The notes under the pieces were generated by a model, which was not told the origin of the DNA, ran no database searches, and was given only the letters and a program-made list of their open reading frames with translations. Position numbers and translations under genes: made by a program. A stretch of 63,978 nt of DNA, filler included, from Stramenopiles sp. TOSAG23-6 (Eukaryota): assembly GCA_900128565.1 (NCBI GenBank). It is 4 parts of 4 records of this genome, joined end to end, with 100 filler letters (N's around TTAATTAATTAA, not from the genome) between each part and the next. Parts side by side here need not be neighbours in the genome. Positions count along the whole stretch, not along the records: positions 1 to 17,174 come from LT636082.1; positions 17,275 to 34,383 come from LT636083.1; 2 more parts are not named here. One strand, 5' to 3'. This document shows, piece by piece, positions 10,469 to 23,300 of the stretch (position 1 is the stretch's first letter; each line of letters begins with the position of its first letter).

Positions 10469-13400
10469 TTATATATATTCGAAATCTTTTAAAGATGACA
10501 TTATTATATAAAAAAACCAAAGGCCAATGAAGAAAATAGCAGTGATATTACGCCATTTTTTAGGCCCTCCGAGAACTGCGCCCAAATATTTTCTCCTTAG
10601 CATTAGAGTTCCTATACATAGAAGTGCACAAATTGTATATATTGAAACTGAAAAGGACAGATTACCTGCAGGAACAACGAAACCTCCTGTTTGATAAAAT
10701 CCTTGTTCTTTCAAACTTTCAATAACAGAGGCATCTAATTTATTAACATATGCATACCACGCATCAGTAGGCCCTTCACTTGACCAATACAATGCAGCTA
10801 TTAGCCATGGAAGACCAAGACCAAGAAAAACATTCACTGAATTAGACCCTGTTACGTTTCCTAAAGATGCATCAGCATCTGCATCCTGTATAGCTGCAGT
10901 CATGGAAGCAAAAGTATCTGGAAGTGATGTTCCAAGTGCAACAAAGGTAATAGCCGTGACGGCATCAGGCATTCCCACTACACATCCAAGCATTGAGGCA
11001 AGATCTCCAATCAATGCAGTCACTACTCCAATCATAATCAAACTAGACACGAATGCTGCCCATCCTTTGGCAAAATCAGTAGGAGGCAAAAATGCAAAAA
11101 GAATTTTCCAGGGCAATACAATAATATGCGTAATTTTATCACGGAGAGTGGCCTCTTCGTCTTCATCACCACCATTGACCAATAAAGCCTGTTTAAAACC
11201 ATCAATCCAATGTCCTGTTCCAAGTTGAATTCTGTCTTTATTTAGATGCATCATTGACATTATAGTATCCACAGTTTTCCTATTTTCCTCATCGGATATA
11301 ATGGTCACTGCACATGATTCCATCTCTACTCCACCCAGAGTAGTTTCTGCAAAACATGCATCATTCGTGGCATTTGACAACTCTACTCTAAATATCTCAT
11401 CTTTTTCATATGTATCATCATCAATTATATCAATTCTAATCGTTTTTTCCGTTTCGCCATCATCAAATACCAAAGTACCCTCAACGTGTGTGTAGTCTGA
11501 AGGTGCTATTGCCGTTTCATCAACTGTCTTATAGTCACATGTAACTCTTCCTGTACGACCTTCACGCCGTTTCACCACAATATCAATCATTTTCTGACTT
11601 TCACATACATGATAATGATTTTTTTCAAAAACGAAAACTCCCGGAAAGTCTACATTGATAATAGTAATCTCACATGATGCGATACCTAATTTGGTCGTTG
11701 TAGGAGTAGGGCTGTGTAATACCAATTGGAATGTTTCATCTAATTCATACTTTTGATCTTCAATTATTGTAATATCTATTTGCTTCTCACGTTCACCATC
11801 CATAAATGTCAATGAGCTATCAACAGGTGTAAAGTCTTCAATGCTTGTTGCTGTTCCTGCCACTGTCTTATAACCAATTGTTACAGAACCTTTACAAGTT
11901 CCATACCGAGCAACTTTAATACTTACAATTTTATCATCTTCAAAGACGGAAGTTTTTTTCTTTGTTAAAGTAATTAATTCTTCATCGTCAGAGAATTGCG
12001 ATTCTTCACGATCAACTTTACTTTCGCGTTTACTAGTACTACCAAACTTAAGAGCTCCATTTGCACCCTTCTCTGACATCAAACTCATATTTAATTTCCC
12101 AATTGTGCGACTTAAATGATTAGCAGTTATACCAATTTTGGCACCAGCTGTTAGACTTCGAGTTGCTTGGACTCGATAATATGCTCTTGATCGTTTTGTA
12201 CGTGAAAGTGCATTCATCGCTGCCTTGTGATGTAATTTGTCACTTTGGATAGTTGGATCTTCCTCTCGGATTTTCTTTAAAATTTCTGCCAGAACCCCTG
12301 GCTGTAATGTTTTGGCGAAATTTTCATTTGTACTCTCAATTTGTCTTGCTCGACCAAATTGAAATTTTCCAGGTATAACTTTTGACAGTTTATTTCCAAT
12401 GGGGGAACAATCAAATTTCCCTGTATCTTTGATGTAAGCAAACGTAACAAGCAATGGAAAAAATAATAGAGTCAACAATGCCTCAACATTTGTCACAATG
12501 TTGGGTGAAAATCCTTGCAATATTATAATGAGCCAGAGATACGCAAAAACAGAAAACATGGCGGTAATTCCAAATACGCCAATCTGTGATATTCGGCGCG
12601 TATCATCGCCAAGAGCAACTACACATAAACCGCTGATAACAAGCATATTGAATGCAGCTGAACCAACAATGGTTGAGGGCCCTAATTCACCCGAAGTCCA
12701 TTTCAAACCGTAGATTTCTAGCACAGAAAGCATTATCTCGGGTGCCGATGAACCTAGTGCCATTAATGTTAAGTTTGCAACAGTATCATTCCACATACGA
12801 ACGCGCACTTCTTCCCCATCGACTTGTACAAATTTGTACTCTGACGTTATTTCTTCAATCGATCCCATGAAAATATCAGACACAATTGCAACGCCAATAA
12901 AGAACCAGCCTAGGCCAATCATATAAATTACTATACGAAAACCTCTCGAACTTGAGTTTTCATCTTCACCAAAAATGGGTAAGAAATATCCCTTTTGACC
13001 TCCCGGATCACAGATTAATCTTTTGTATGAATGAACTGTATATGTTTTCTTATCTATATCTTGTCCCTCAACATATTCAAAAATATTGCAATGATCTTTA
13101 TCGTTTGTTAACGTGTTTGGACACGTATTTAAAGTGCATGTTTTAGTACCACAAGTCCCTTTCCGTTGTAAAGTACGCATGACAGGCTCCCTATTTTTTA
13201 GGACGTCAACGTAGCAACCATCAGTGATGGTATGTCCACCTTTGTCTGAATTATTTCCTGCAGGCCAAACGTAACCGCAACATTTTGGGTTTTTGTAGCA
13301 AGTGCTTTCTAAATTGGAACGGTCCGTGAAAACGCTTGCGTCAAATCCCCCCTGTGATGAAAGAATATTAAAAGTTTACATGGTTAGTTATATGAGATGG

Positions 13401-13668
13401 TTCACATATTGATTTAAAATATTTTCACTGTTATTCATTTGCATTGAGAACTTACTTTCCCTGTTTCAAAAGGCGAGGCTCTAAAGAGAGACGATTTAGT
13501 ACCATATGGCTCCTTGACCCAAAAGTTGTCGTTGCCAAGTTTGGTTAGTTTTCTGCCAAGGTATGTTGTTCTCCAATTGAAAGCATTATCTGACGCATTT
13601 ACCCAGTGCGTCAGAGAAAATGTAAAGAAGAAGAAATTCAGATATTTAAAATGTGAAATAGTTACCAT
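10469..13668 (-). CDS. NCX: Na+/Ca2+ exchanger (NCX/SLC8 type) with two Calx-beta domains; canonical intron at 13352-13455
   Basis: Alpha repeats ALGSSAPE and ALGTSLPD, GSAAFN, GSNSVN and Calx-beta motifs. A GTAAGT...ACTAAC...CAG intron links a signal-peptide exon in frame. Confidence 0.92.
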
Positions 13669-14049
13669 TCCAAATATCTGCACTTTTTGAAACTATTAAA
13701 ACGTGTGTTACGACGATGGGTCTACTGCCACAGAAAAATCTATAGAAATTTGCGAAAAAGTGTTTGTATTGGGTACAAACCAGTAGCGTTTCACTTTGAC
13801 TTGATGTCCTGTCAACTAAACTAAAAAAGATTTTTATTTTTGCGTTTTACAGTTTCAAAAAAAAAAACGGTCAAAATCGAGAGATGTGACGGATGATGGA
13901 ATTTTCCCTATTAGGCCTATATACGTAGTAGTATTAATATCTTTGTACGTGTCCAATAGTATATTTTTCCAGTACCCAGTCCTATATATGCTAGTATATG
14001 CATCAAAAGAAAGATGTCGTGATCATCTTTAATCAATTGCTACGTTTCA

Positions 14050-14403
14050 ATGGCAAATGTTGCTCAAGTAGATAGTATTTTGCAAGTTCCACTTGGTATT
14101 GCAGTGTGTACACTCTGTCTTGTCCTTCTAGTTCCAATATCACTTATTATAGTTTATTGTTTGTCTTGCATGTCAAGTCCTATATCTAGAGATATGTGGG
14201 ATCCAAATTGTGTGTTGCAACGTCGCAGGTACGCTGACAAAATAAAGAGACGGTCTATGGTACGAAAATATCAAGACGAGCAAGTTGAATTCGACTTACA
14301 GTGCGCAGTAAATAAAAAAATCAACGCATTTCAACTAAAGAAAGAATTAGAAGGTTTACAAAGAGACAAATATATTCAAGAAAAGCTATTTTATGAAAAT
14401 TAA
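14050..14403 (+). CDS. Small single-pass membrane protein of unknown function
   Basis: 117-aa ORF with an N-terminal hydrophobic helix and a charged tail. Confidence 0.55.
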   Translation: MANVAQVDSILQVPLGIAVCTLCLVLLVPISLIIVYCLSCMSSPISRDMWDPNCVLQRRRYADKIKRRSMVRKYQDEQVEFDLQCAVNKKINAFQLKKELEGLQRDKYIQEKLFYEN

Positions 14404-14459
14404 AAACAATTTAATAAATACATTTCAAAAACATTAAGACCTAGTATCTACTACAGATA

Positions 14460-16119
14460 TTAAATAATGTTAAATTTGAATGGATTGTTCAAATCTAAAT
14501 CACTCGATGTGACTGGAAATGGACATGCATCAGCTCCGGCTTCAGTTGCACAACACCCAAGACATGAGCAAATTTCCTTTGCATCAAATGATATTGTACT
14601 AGGGCTAATTGATTTAGTAAGTTCCAAACATAATTCTAATGGCGATTTAGATATGATTTCATCCTATATTTGTTTGGAATATAATAAAAAAAAATAATTT
14701 AGGAAATGAAATAATTTCAAAAATTTTTTTTTTTTTCTTTTTTTTTCAATATAATAAAACATACACCTTCTGGTGGTCTCAACATTGGTTGAAATGATTC
14801 TTCACGAGGTGTTAATCCATACAATGTGAGAATATATATACATATTTTTTTTTTTAGTAAAACAAAAATTTGTTAGGTACAAAAGTTTCTACGAAAAAAA
14901 AAACAAAAAAAAAATTGAAATTGTTAAACATATATATGCTTGATTGCATCCCATTTGAGTCGACTTTATTTTAAATTCGACGTTACCAGTCACTTGAGTT
15001 TGACAAATTCTACATTTTTCTGAGAGCAGTTCGCCATCATAAATTGTAAGAAAATATTTTCAAACATTTTACAATTTTTTATTAGGTACAAATTTTGGTA
15101 TAGAAAAAAATTTAGAAAAAAAATTGAAATTTGAAATTGAAAATACATTATGGTTAAAATCACAAAAAGGAATTGGAAACAATGGTTTTATACCATTTGT
15201 GTCATATTGACCCTCATCCACCCAATTTACTATAGTTTGGCTTTTTTTCATATCACAACAGCCGAGTGAATTTTTATCTGTACAAATTTTACCAATATAT
15301 TGTCGACAAAGTGCATGTATTTTGAAAAAAATATTTTTTTTTTTTTGGAAATTAGTCAAAAAAATTATTAGGTACAAAATTACGTACGAAAATATTTAAA
15401 AAAAAAATTGAAAAAAAAATAAAACGTACATGTTGATATTTTAATTCCAACATTTCGAGTAATCCACCACGAGATATCGATTGTTCCCAATTTGTGTTGA
15501 AAGTACAATTAAATGCCACTTGAGTACACATTGGATGACATATTAGATTTCCACATTCTGTTTCCATATCATCACTTCCCATGACTTGATTCCGAACAAA
15601 GAGAGATATATTGTGAAAAAATATTTTTTTTTGTAGAATTTGTTAGGTACAAAATTTCGTACGAAAAAAAAAATTGAAAAAAAATGAAAAAAAATGACAT
15701 GTACAGTCTCGGATGCTTGCAGTTTCATCACGTTGTTTGAAACTATCTACACACATATCCAATACTTTTTTGCATTTACCAGGTTTTTTTGCTTGAATTC
15801 CACCCATATATCCTTTGGTTATGTCTCTGAGAGATTCAAAGCGAAGTGGAACAGGTTTGTTCATAAGTTGTTTTGGTTCTATTTGTTTTTGAATTCTTGA
15901 CAAGACATCAAAATCTGTTGAAGTTGTCGAAATTCTTTGTTTGTTTTGTTGTATAGTCGGTGATTGTTCGTGATATGTAAATGGACTCATTGTCAGAAAA
16001 AGCTGCTTCATATTATTGAATGTAGGAAGTTTTCTGAATGATTTAACTAGAAAAATATGGAATGTAAGGAGTAATAATACGATTAGTATTACGCCCATCG
16101 ATCTTTGTCGTTGTTGCAT
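14460..16119 (-). CDS. Cys-rich predicted secreted protein, about 373 aa, 6 exons (16119-15705, 15605-15430, 15314-15147, 15038-14934, 14818-14765, 14663-14460)
   Basis: Signal-like N-terminus. Removing five family introns gives one continuous ORF with ICHPMC, LGCC, CRIC and ICSCLGCC motifs. Confidence 0.75.
14664..14764 (-). other. Degenerate family intron with GT-AG ends
   Basis: ggt|GTATGTTTT...TTCCTAAA...CAAATATAG|gat. Confidence 0.75.
14819..14933 (-). other. Family intron with apparent AT-AT ends
   Basis: tat|ATATGTTT...TTTTGTACCTAAC...CTCACATTGTAT|gga keeps the frame. Confidence 0.55.
15039..15146 (-). other. Family intron with GT-AT ends
   Basis: aat|GTATTTT...TTTGTACCTAAT...TTACAATTTAT|gat; the two nearest AGs lead to stop codons. 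Confidence 0.78.
15315..15429 (-). other. Family intron with GT-AT ends
   Basis: cat|GTACG...TTTTGTACCTAAT...CAAAATACAT|gca; the first three downstream AGs are out of frame. Confidence 0.82.
15606..15704 (-). other. Family intron, GT-AT (an in-frame AG 21 nt downstream is possible)
   Basis: act|GTACA...TTTCGTACGAAATTTTGTACCTAAC...CACAATATAT|ctc. Confidence 0.7.
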
Positions 16120-16537
16120 TGTTGTTGTATTTGTGTTGTATTCTTGTAATCTACGAGAAGTAAAAGTAAAAACAGCAAATGTTTCTTATAACAACGTATC
16201 AAAAAATACAAGAGTTCATCCACGGGAGCGGAATATGAAGAGAAAACTAATTACTCCACACGACGTACAATTTAATTTTTGATGATACTCTATATTATTA
16301 TTATGCTATATTTCAAAAAAAGTAACAATTTCGAAATTCAAAAAACTCAAATATGAAACGCCCAAAATTTCGTGTTTTTCTGCAAAAAACACGAAATACA
16401 CAAAACCAGTAACATTTCAATGTCAGCTGACCTCATGCAAAAAAACATGAATTGCTTGGGGATCTCCAAAAATTGAATGCGCACAACTCAAACTCAGGTC
16501 AACTTCAAATCTGTTTGAAAGAAAATCTTTTACTACA

Positions 16538-17174
16538 ATGAAGAAAATTTCTCTAATTATACTATCGATGTTCTTCATTATGTGTTACGTTGTGCCTATC
16601 AAAGCTGCTACAGGTGAAAAACGCCCACGCCAACAGTCAAATGAATCAAATGGAAGTTCATCGGAACCTCCGCAACAACGACAGAGGCTATCTCAAGTTG
16701 GTCAAGTGCAACCAATAGCAGATGTTTGGGTGGACGCAATCATTCAGCAGTTGCGTGTTGGTAAATGTGTTGAGGACATACCTAATTCTGTTCAACAATA
16801 TGCTCCAAATTTACGTATCGGAACATTACAATTATGCAACTACTATGTCAAACAACTGGTGCAAATTGTTAAGATTCCACAAAATGCAGAAGTTCTCAGA
16901 ACACATGATGAAATATTCGATGTATTGCAGGCATTTTTCAAATCTGGAAACGATGACATTATTCAAAATTCGCTTTTAATTCTTTTCAAACTAACAACAA
17001 ATTATGACGATAGTAGTGTTAAGCATATAAATCCAGAAGAAATAATTGAAATTTTGAAAGTTTCTTCGAACGTTTACACCGTAAAACACGCACTTTATGT
17101 ACTGGCAAATATTACAAAACAAAATCTCTCCAAGAGAACAAAAGTTGGAAATACACCAAATGCTATTTCTACCA
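16538..17174 (+). CDS. Signal-peptide protein with armadillo/importin-alpha-like repeats (3' truncated by contig end)
   Basis: MKKISLIILSMFFIMCYVVPIKA followed by KRPR, then ARM-like helices (IIQNSLLILFKLT, VKHALYVLANIT). Confidence 0.6.
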
Positions 17175-17274
17175 NNNNNNNNNNNNNNNNNNNNNNNNNN
17201 NNNNNNNNNNNNNNNNNNTTAATTAATTAANNNNNNNNNNNNNNNNNNNNNNNNNNNNNNNNNNNNNNNNNNNN
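17175..17274. other. Artificial contig linker
   Basis: N44-TTAATTAATTAA-N44 six-frame stop spacer. Confidence 0.97.
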
Positions 17275-17339
17275 TTTTTTTTCATACGAAATTTCGTACC
17301 TAACGATTTTTTTTTGTAATTTTTTTTTTCACAATACAT
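17275..17339 (+). other. 3' part of a family intron ending in AT, at a contig start
   Basis: CATACGAAATTTCGTACCTAAC...CACAATACAT|gg cgg ttg (W-R-L-L-L-Y of the IP3R MIR region). Confidence 0.75.
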
Positions 17340-20300
17340 GGCGGTTGCTATTGTATAGAAAAAGTTCCAATAAAGCTTTAAGTAAGGTTGAGCGACCTTT
17401 ATTTATCGGATCTGTAATAAGACTTTACCATCCCCAATCCCAATGCTTTTTATCAATAGCTATCCCAAAAAATGAAAATAGATTCAAAAACTCTTCCAAA
17501 ATTCAAAATGAAAAATATTGTGTACTGTTAATGGGAAGTAGTCGAATTGAGGCCGACGACATCGTAGACTCAAATTTTCTTTGGATTATTGAACGCGAGG
17601 AATTTTACCATGGAGAAGCTGCAAAGTGGGAAATGTGCTTTCGATTTCGTCATTTAAATACTCATTTTTATTTAGCCCATGGTATTGAACCAGAGTCAGG
17701 TGGTATCTATGAAGAAGTTCGAAATAGTGTTTCTAGTAGAGGAAGCTGCCCTAGTGTTCTTCCTATTAGCTGTACAAGAAATCGACAATTGTCCCAAACA
17801 ACATTTCGTGCTAAAAGTTCAAAACAATCAAAACGAAAAAATGCTGTATGGTTACAAGATGGTGATGGTTTGTATTTACATGCAAAAGAAGGACAAAATA
17901 TAGAATCTTCACCAGAACCTTCAGATCTTGCAAAAATAGGTTGGCTGCGCCAAGGTGGAAAATTATCTAATTCTTTTTCCGAATATGATAAAGTGTATAC
18001 TATTGACTGTGCAAATTTTCAAGCTGATGATGCTCTTGTAATTAATCAAATGTCGTCTTCGTATGTCACAGAAGTAGAAATGAGTTTATCAATAGCGGGG
18101 AGTATTCATAAATTACTCACATGTATGTTTTGTTTTTCTAGATTGTTTTTTTTTGTATCAAATTTCGAACCTAACAAAACTAAATTGAAAATATTTTTTC
18201 AAAATACATGTGCGGAAAAAGAACGAATTGGAATTATTCATAGTCCTAAAAAGTATTCCAAAGTTAAAAGAGATGTTAATCAAGATAACGAAGCGTTGTT
18301 TACAACAGAACAATTCTCTCAACTTGCAGCAACTATTGTTCAAATGGCTCGTTTTATTAAAGACTCAGATGAAATTACAAATGGGAAAAGTATGAACTCA
18401 AATTTTTCTGAAAGTGTAAAAGAGATGAACGATATATACAGAACAGTTTTCCTGTCTCGGGATCGACAAAAGTTATTATGTGAACATCGAATTATTGAAT
18501 ACATATATAGGCTTATACGAGCACTGGCTGGTATTGGATGTAGCCGATTAAGAAACACCAAGAAAATGTCCTCAGAGGATACTAAAATAAAATCAAAACC
18601 GGTAGAACTAGAATCAAAAGTAAAATCAAACATCAGTGAAAACCCTTCAAATAATAAGCCTCGAGGGAAATGGGCATCTCTTCGAACGGGAGTTCGTACT
18701 TCTCCAAAAAAATCTTCGGAATCTTTAACAACGTCTCTGCATGTCACTCGTTTTATTGGGAAGCTGATCTCAAAAATAGAGCGGTCTCAACGCTTGAAAT
18801 TCAAATCGAACAATAACCAACAAATTCAAAATGTGTGTAAAATGTTGTACCAAATGATACACATGCTTATATCTGGAAACGAAGCTACGAGATTATTTGT
18901 ATTACCCTATCTTGAAGAAATGATAGATCATATTGACTTAGATATTGGGGCAGCTTCCTGTCTTACAGAGCTAATGGATGGAAACAAAAGAGTACTAGAA
19001 GAAAACATTACTCATTACCATCTTAAGCTGTCGGTAAATTTAATCGCAAGAAATGGATTGAAACCGGAGTATCTCAAGTTACTTATTGGGCTGTGCAATT
19101 GTCGTGGAGAAGCCATGGATAAAAACCAGAACTTTCTTTGTTCCTATCTCTTAGAAAACAAACCTGAGCTTCTAATACGTACAAAGATAGTACCAAGTGA
19201 TAATAAGAAACCAATTGATCTCCCAACATCTGATGTTTCACTATTTTCGCATGATTCAAAGAGTTCACAATCATATCTCGAGAGAAAGCGGAGAATATCA
19301 GTATTGAAAGAAAATAAAAATATTCTTGGAACAAAGATGCTTGATGACGGAGTATCCAATGTTCATGTTAGTTGGAATATAGAAAATTGGAATTTAGAAA
19401 GTAATATGGAAGCATCAAACTTAACACCACAGAAATTGTTTCAAAAAGAATGGGTCCCAATTATAGAATTTGCTAAAACTGGGTTTGAGTTTGATCGGAT
19501 TAATAATTCATCACAAGATACTTCAAAGTTATTGGTATTAGATTCAAAAGTTGAATCTCCAGAAGACAAGCTATTAGTGCAGCGAATGCAAGTATACTCT
19601 TATTACCGTTCACAGATTGAATTATTAGCATCTTTATGTCTTGAGCGTAATTACCTTGGAATTCGAACATTGGAGAAGGAATTTACATATGAGCATGTTC
19701 TGAGTGGGATGATAAACAGAGAATTGCCAATTTCACTTAGAGCTGCATATACAAAGTTAATGTGTAATCTGTGGGTAGATCGAGCTCCTCAGAGAGCAAT
19801 GCAAATCCCAAAGTTTGTTCGGTTACTTTATACTCAAAAGGATGAGTTCAATTTAAATCGATGTAATAGTAGTCTAGCGTATACAATTGGGGACATGGGT
19901 GGTACAAAAAAAGAAGTACACCAAAGGCTTCAACGTGATTCATTATCTAAATCTCGATTTGCATTACTACAAGCAGCGTTGAACAAATATTTTCGGGATT
20001 TATCGACCAATCAGAATAATAATGAAGAATCCAAGAATGTCGACAAGCTTTCAGATATGTTAAGTTTGACTCTTGAATGTTCTAGTATTGCAAAAAGATT
20101 GACAGAATTTGGATTTTACAGTTCCGTTTCCCAAATACAATCAATTGCTGGATCCATCATGGGTATTGTGGATGGTACTCGTGATCATGTTGAAGAGTTC
20201 CCGCAAATCCATCATATTACAAAAAGACAAGATGTACTTCCCGATGTAAAATCAGATCAAATAGTACCTGTTGTCCGTCGTCGTCGAACTGTAAGTATGG

Positions 20301-23300
20301 TTCAACAAGCAATGAAAGCCGTGGGAACGACAACAAAAGATATAGCCATTCAAAGTGCAAAGATGACTACTTCAGGAACGATTGGAGGGGCAAACATTGC
20401 TATTGCAGGAGCAACATACTTATCGAAAACGGCAATTGATGGTGTAAATAAGAGCGCGAGTACTTTGCTATCTCCGGGTTCTTCATTAAAGGCAGCTCTC
20501 AGTGGGGCGAAGAAAACGGTACAAGGTGCTTCAGCAATCTCCAAAGTAGGGGCTCAATGGACTTCGAATGCTGCCAAGCGTGTTGGGAGAGCTACTGGAG
20601 TTTTAGTGCAAAATGATAGCGTGTTAGACGACGAAGAATACGATGAGGATGACTTTTCATTTTTCTTAGAAGAATACAATGAATCATCANACGAAGATGA
20701 TATACAAGAAGATAAACACCTCTCGGTCCTGAATTTTATATATAATGACCATCAAGACTATCATAGAATGATGAAGTCAGAGCCGTTAAAGGTTCAAATT
20801 GAAAAGACGATGGATAGTACTCAATATATGGTTGCCATTATTGGAATTACAATAATTTCTGTAATTTTAGGATTAGTGCATGTCCTTTTATATGACGAAT
20901 TAGTTGGGTCCATATGGCTCGATATTATTGAGCATTTGGAGTATGCTTTCCTCGCTATTTTCACGTGCGACGTTGTTACACGCCTATATGCAATTGGCTT
21001 TACAGAATATGTTTATGATTGGTTGTGTCTAACAGATTTTGCCGTAACACTAGTTGATTGGCTTGGTGTTGTTGTTGATACAGTAAGTCCATCTACATCA
21101 ACAGGAGTAAAAGTTCTGCGGCTATTACGATTACTTCGACTTTTTCGCCTATTTCGTGCAGCAAAAATGGCAAGATTAATTGCAGATGCTGAAAGAAATC
21201 AAGTTTTTGTGATAAAAAGCAAGCCTATAACAGGTTTAAGATATCAACAAAACACAGACACAATACGTACCATGGAGTGCAAGGTAATGTTAGTGAGACT
21301 TCTTCGGCATCTCGTTGGACAAGGCATTGAGAAGAAACTTCAAAACTTTTTCCTTCGTTTATCTACTGAGAAAAACGGAATGTCTACATTAGCTTATTTA
21401 TATAATAGTCCTTCGGATTTTCTATCCGGTGGGCATGCACATGATTTGTCTGATTCATCTGATGAAGATAATGATGATGTCGAAATGTATTATAAGGTTG
21501 ACGGAAACCATCCAAATAGTAAGCTCTCTTCTTCCATGTTAGATGTTGATCACACAAATGATTGTGAAGATTTGGAAATAAGAGAAAATAGAATATGTGC
21601 TTATCTTGTTTTATACGATGACATTATTAGTAGCAAAGTATTTAAAGAACAAGATTTATTTCCTGGATATTCGAAGGATCAGTTAATTAATATTTGTGCA
21701 GATCTTTGTATATATGAAAATCCAGAGTTATTTGGAGAAGCCATTATATTAAGCTGTACATTATTTTCACAGAAAAGATCTCTTCGCGATATGTTGAGTA
21801 AAACGCATTTATTAGTGAATCCAAATCACTGTGTCAGATATCGTCATATAAGCAGTATTATACAAGAGTGTACTGGTTTAGTTGAAACATATGAAGAATG
21901 GGGAATTCGCGACTTTGTTACAGATACGGTTTTGGATGTAGATGAAACTCGGCGAAGATTAATGTGTATACAAGAGTGGTTATGGTTTTTAATATCAAGT
22001 TGTGGAACTAGTGCCGAGCCTGACCGTGAGATACAGTCAGCTATTTTACACTCTGAAATGACAAGATTGTTGGACGAATTTCTTCGAATTCCTATCCCAG
22101 AGTGCACGGATGAAGAAATTGCGGAGGCACATTATCATTCCACACGCGCGGCTAAAACAACACTAAAAAGCCCACGAAACCGAGAGCATAAATCTAGCCA
22201 AGTACCAAAATGGGGAGATATTGAGGGATGTGACGCCGACGTTGGATTAGGTCAGCTCACAATGAGCGTTCTTGCATTGCTTAATCGCTTTCTATGTTGT
22301 TGGCAAAACGGGAACGAGGACATACAAGAGTGGTTATTTCAAAGCATTGAAGAACTGATACCAAGGATGCATACTGTTCCCGTGGGAATCGAAGTACTTC
22401 TTGCAATGTTTAAAGACAATAGTAAGTTGTGTAAAATTATCCCACAAGCACTTTTCCAGAACTGTATAGATTCTATTTCCGATGAAGTCTTGTTGAAAGA
22501 CCAAAATACAAAAAGTCAAGTATGGAAACTTCTGTGTAGCTTTTGCTCAGCAGAGGGTGAATTTCTCAAAGAAAATCAAATCGAATTACTCCATCTAATT
22601 ACAAGTAATGGGGGAAATTGGGGTCCATTTAGAACTCTACGGTTTGCAAACCCTGATAGTGTAGGCTATAATGAACGGAGAGCAATAATGAAGTCAAAAA
22701 ATCCAATTAATAACTCTGAACTGTGGCAGCACATTAAACTTTTAAATCTTCTGAGTAATTGCACCACGGGTAGAGTAAATCTCACTGAAGCCAAATGTCT
22801 TAGTTTGTATCAATACAAGTGGCAGTTACACGCTATAATGGATTCTGATACAATATGGTGTTTGAGATCAGCTCTATTGAAGCTATTTCTCAATGTATGC
22901 ATGGATTCAAAAACAATGGTATTTGGGATGGCATGTTGTCCAGTTATGTTGAAGCTCATAGGATATTTTAATGAATTTATGAAAGATTTTATCGCGAATA
23001 CAAATAATGTTGCACAACTTCTTTGTCAACTAGACAACAATTATACACTCGCTACAACTAGCCACATTGATAATTTGGCATCTACTTCACTAAAGGACCA
23101 CCCCGCAAAAAGCGAGCAAGAGCTCAAACTTGAAGTTATACATAATTTATTCTTACCAATTCTTACTTTCTTTTTCGACAGATATCGAACTGAATTAATC
23201 AATACGATGAGTAGAACAACTGTATCCGCAATGCGCCGAATTGGAATGTCTGTGGCTATATTACACGGTATTACTGGTATACAAAGAAAAACATTTTACG

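Noticed and set aside
3279-16119. Stop-codon reassignment or pseudogenes as the explanation for fragmented ORFs
   Set aside because: Long genes translate cleanly with the standard code, and the breaks coincide with family introns whose removal restores the frame.
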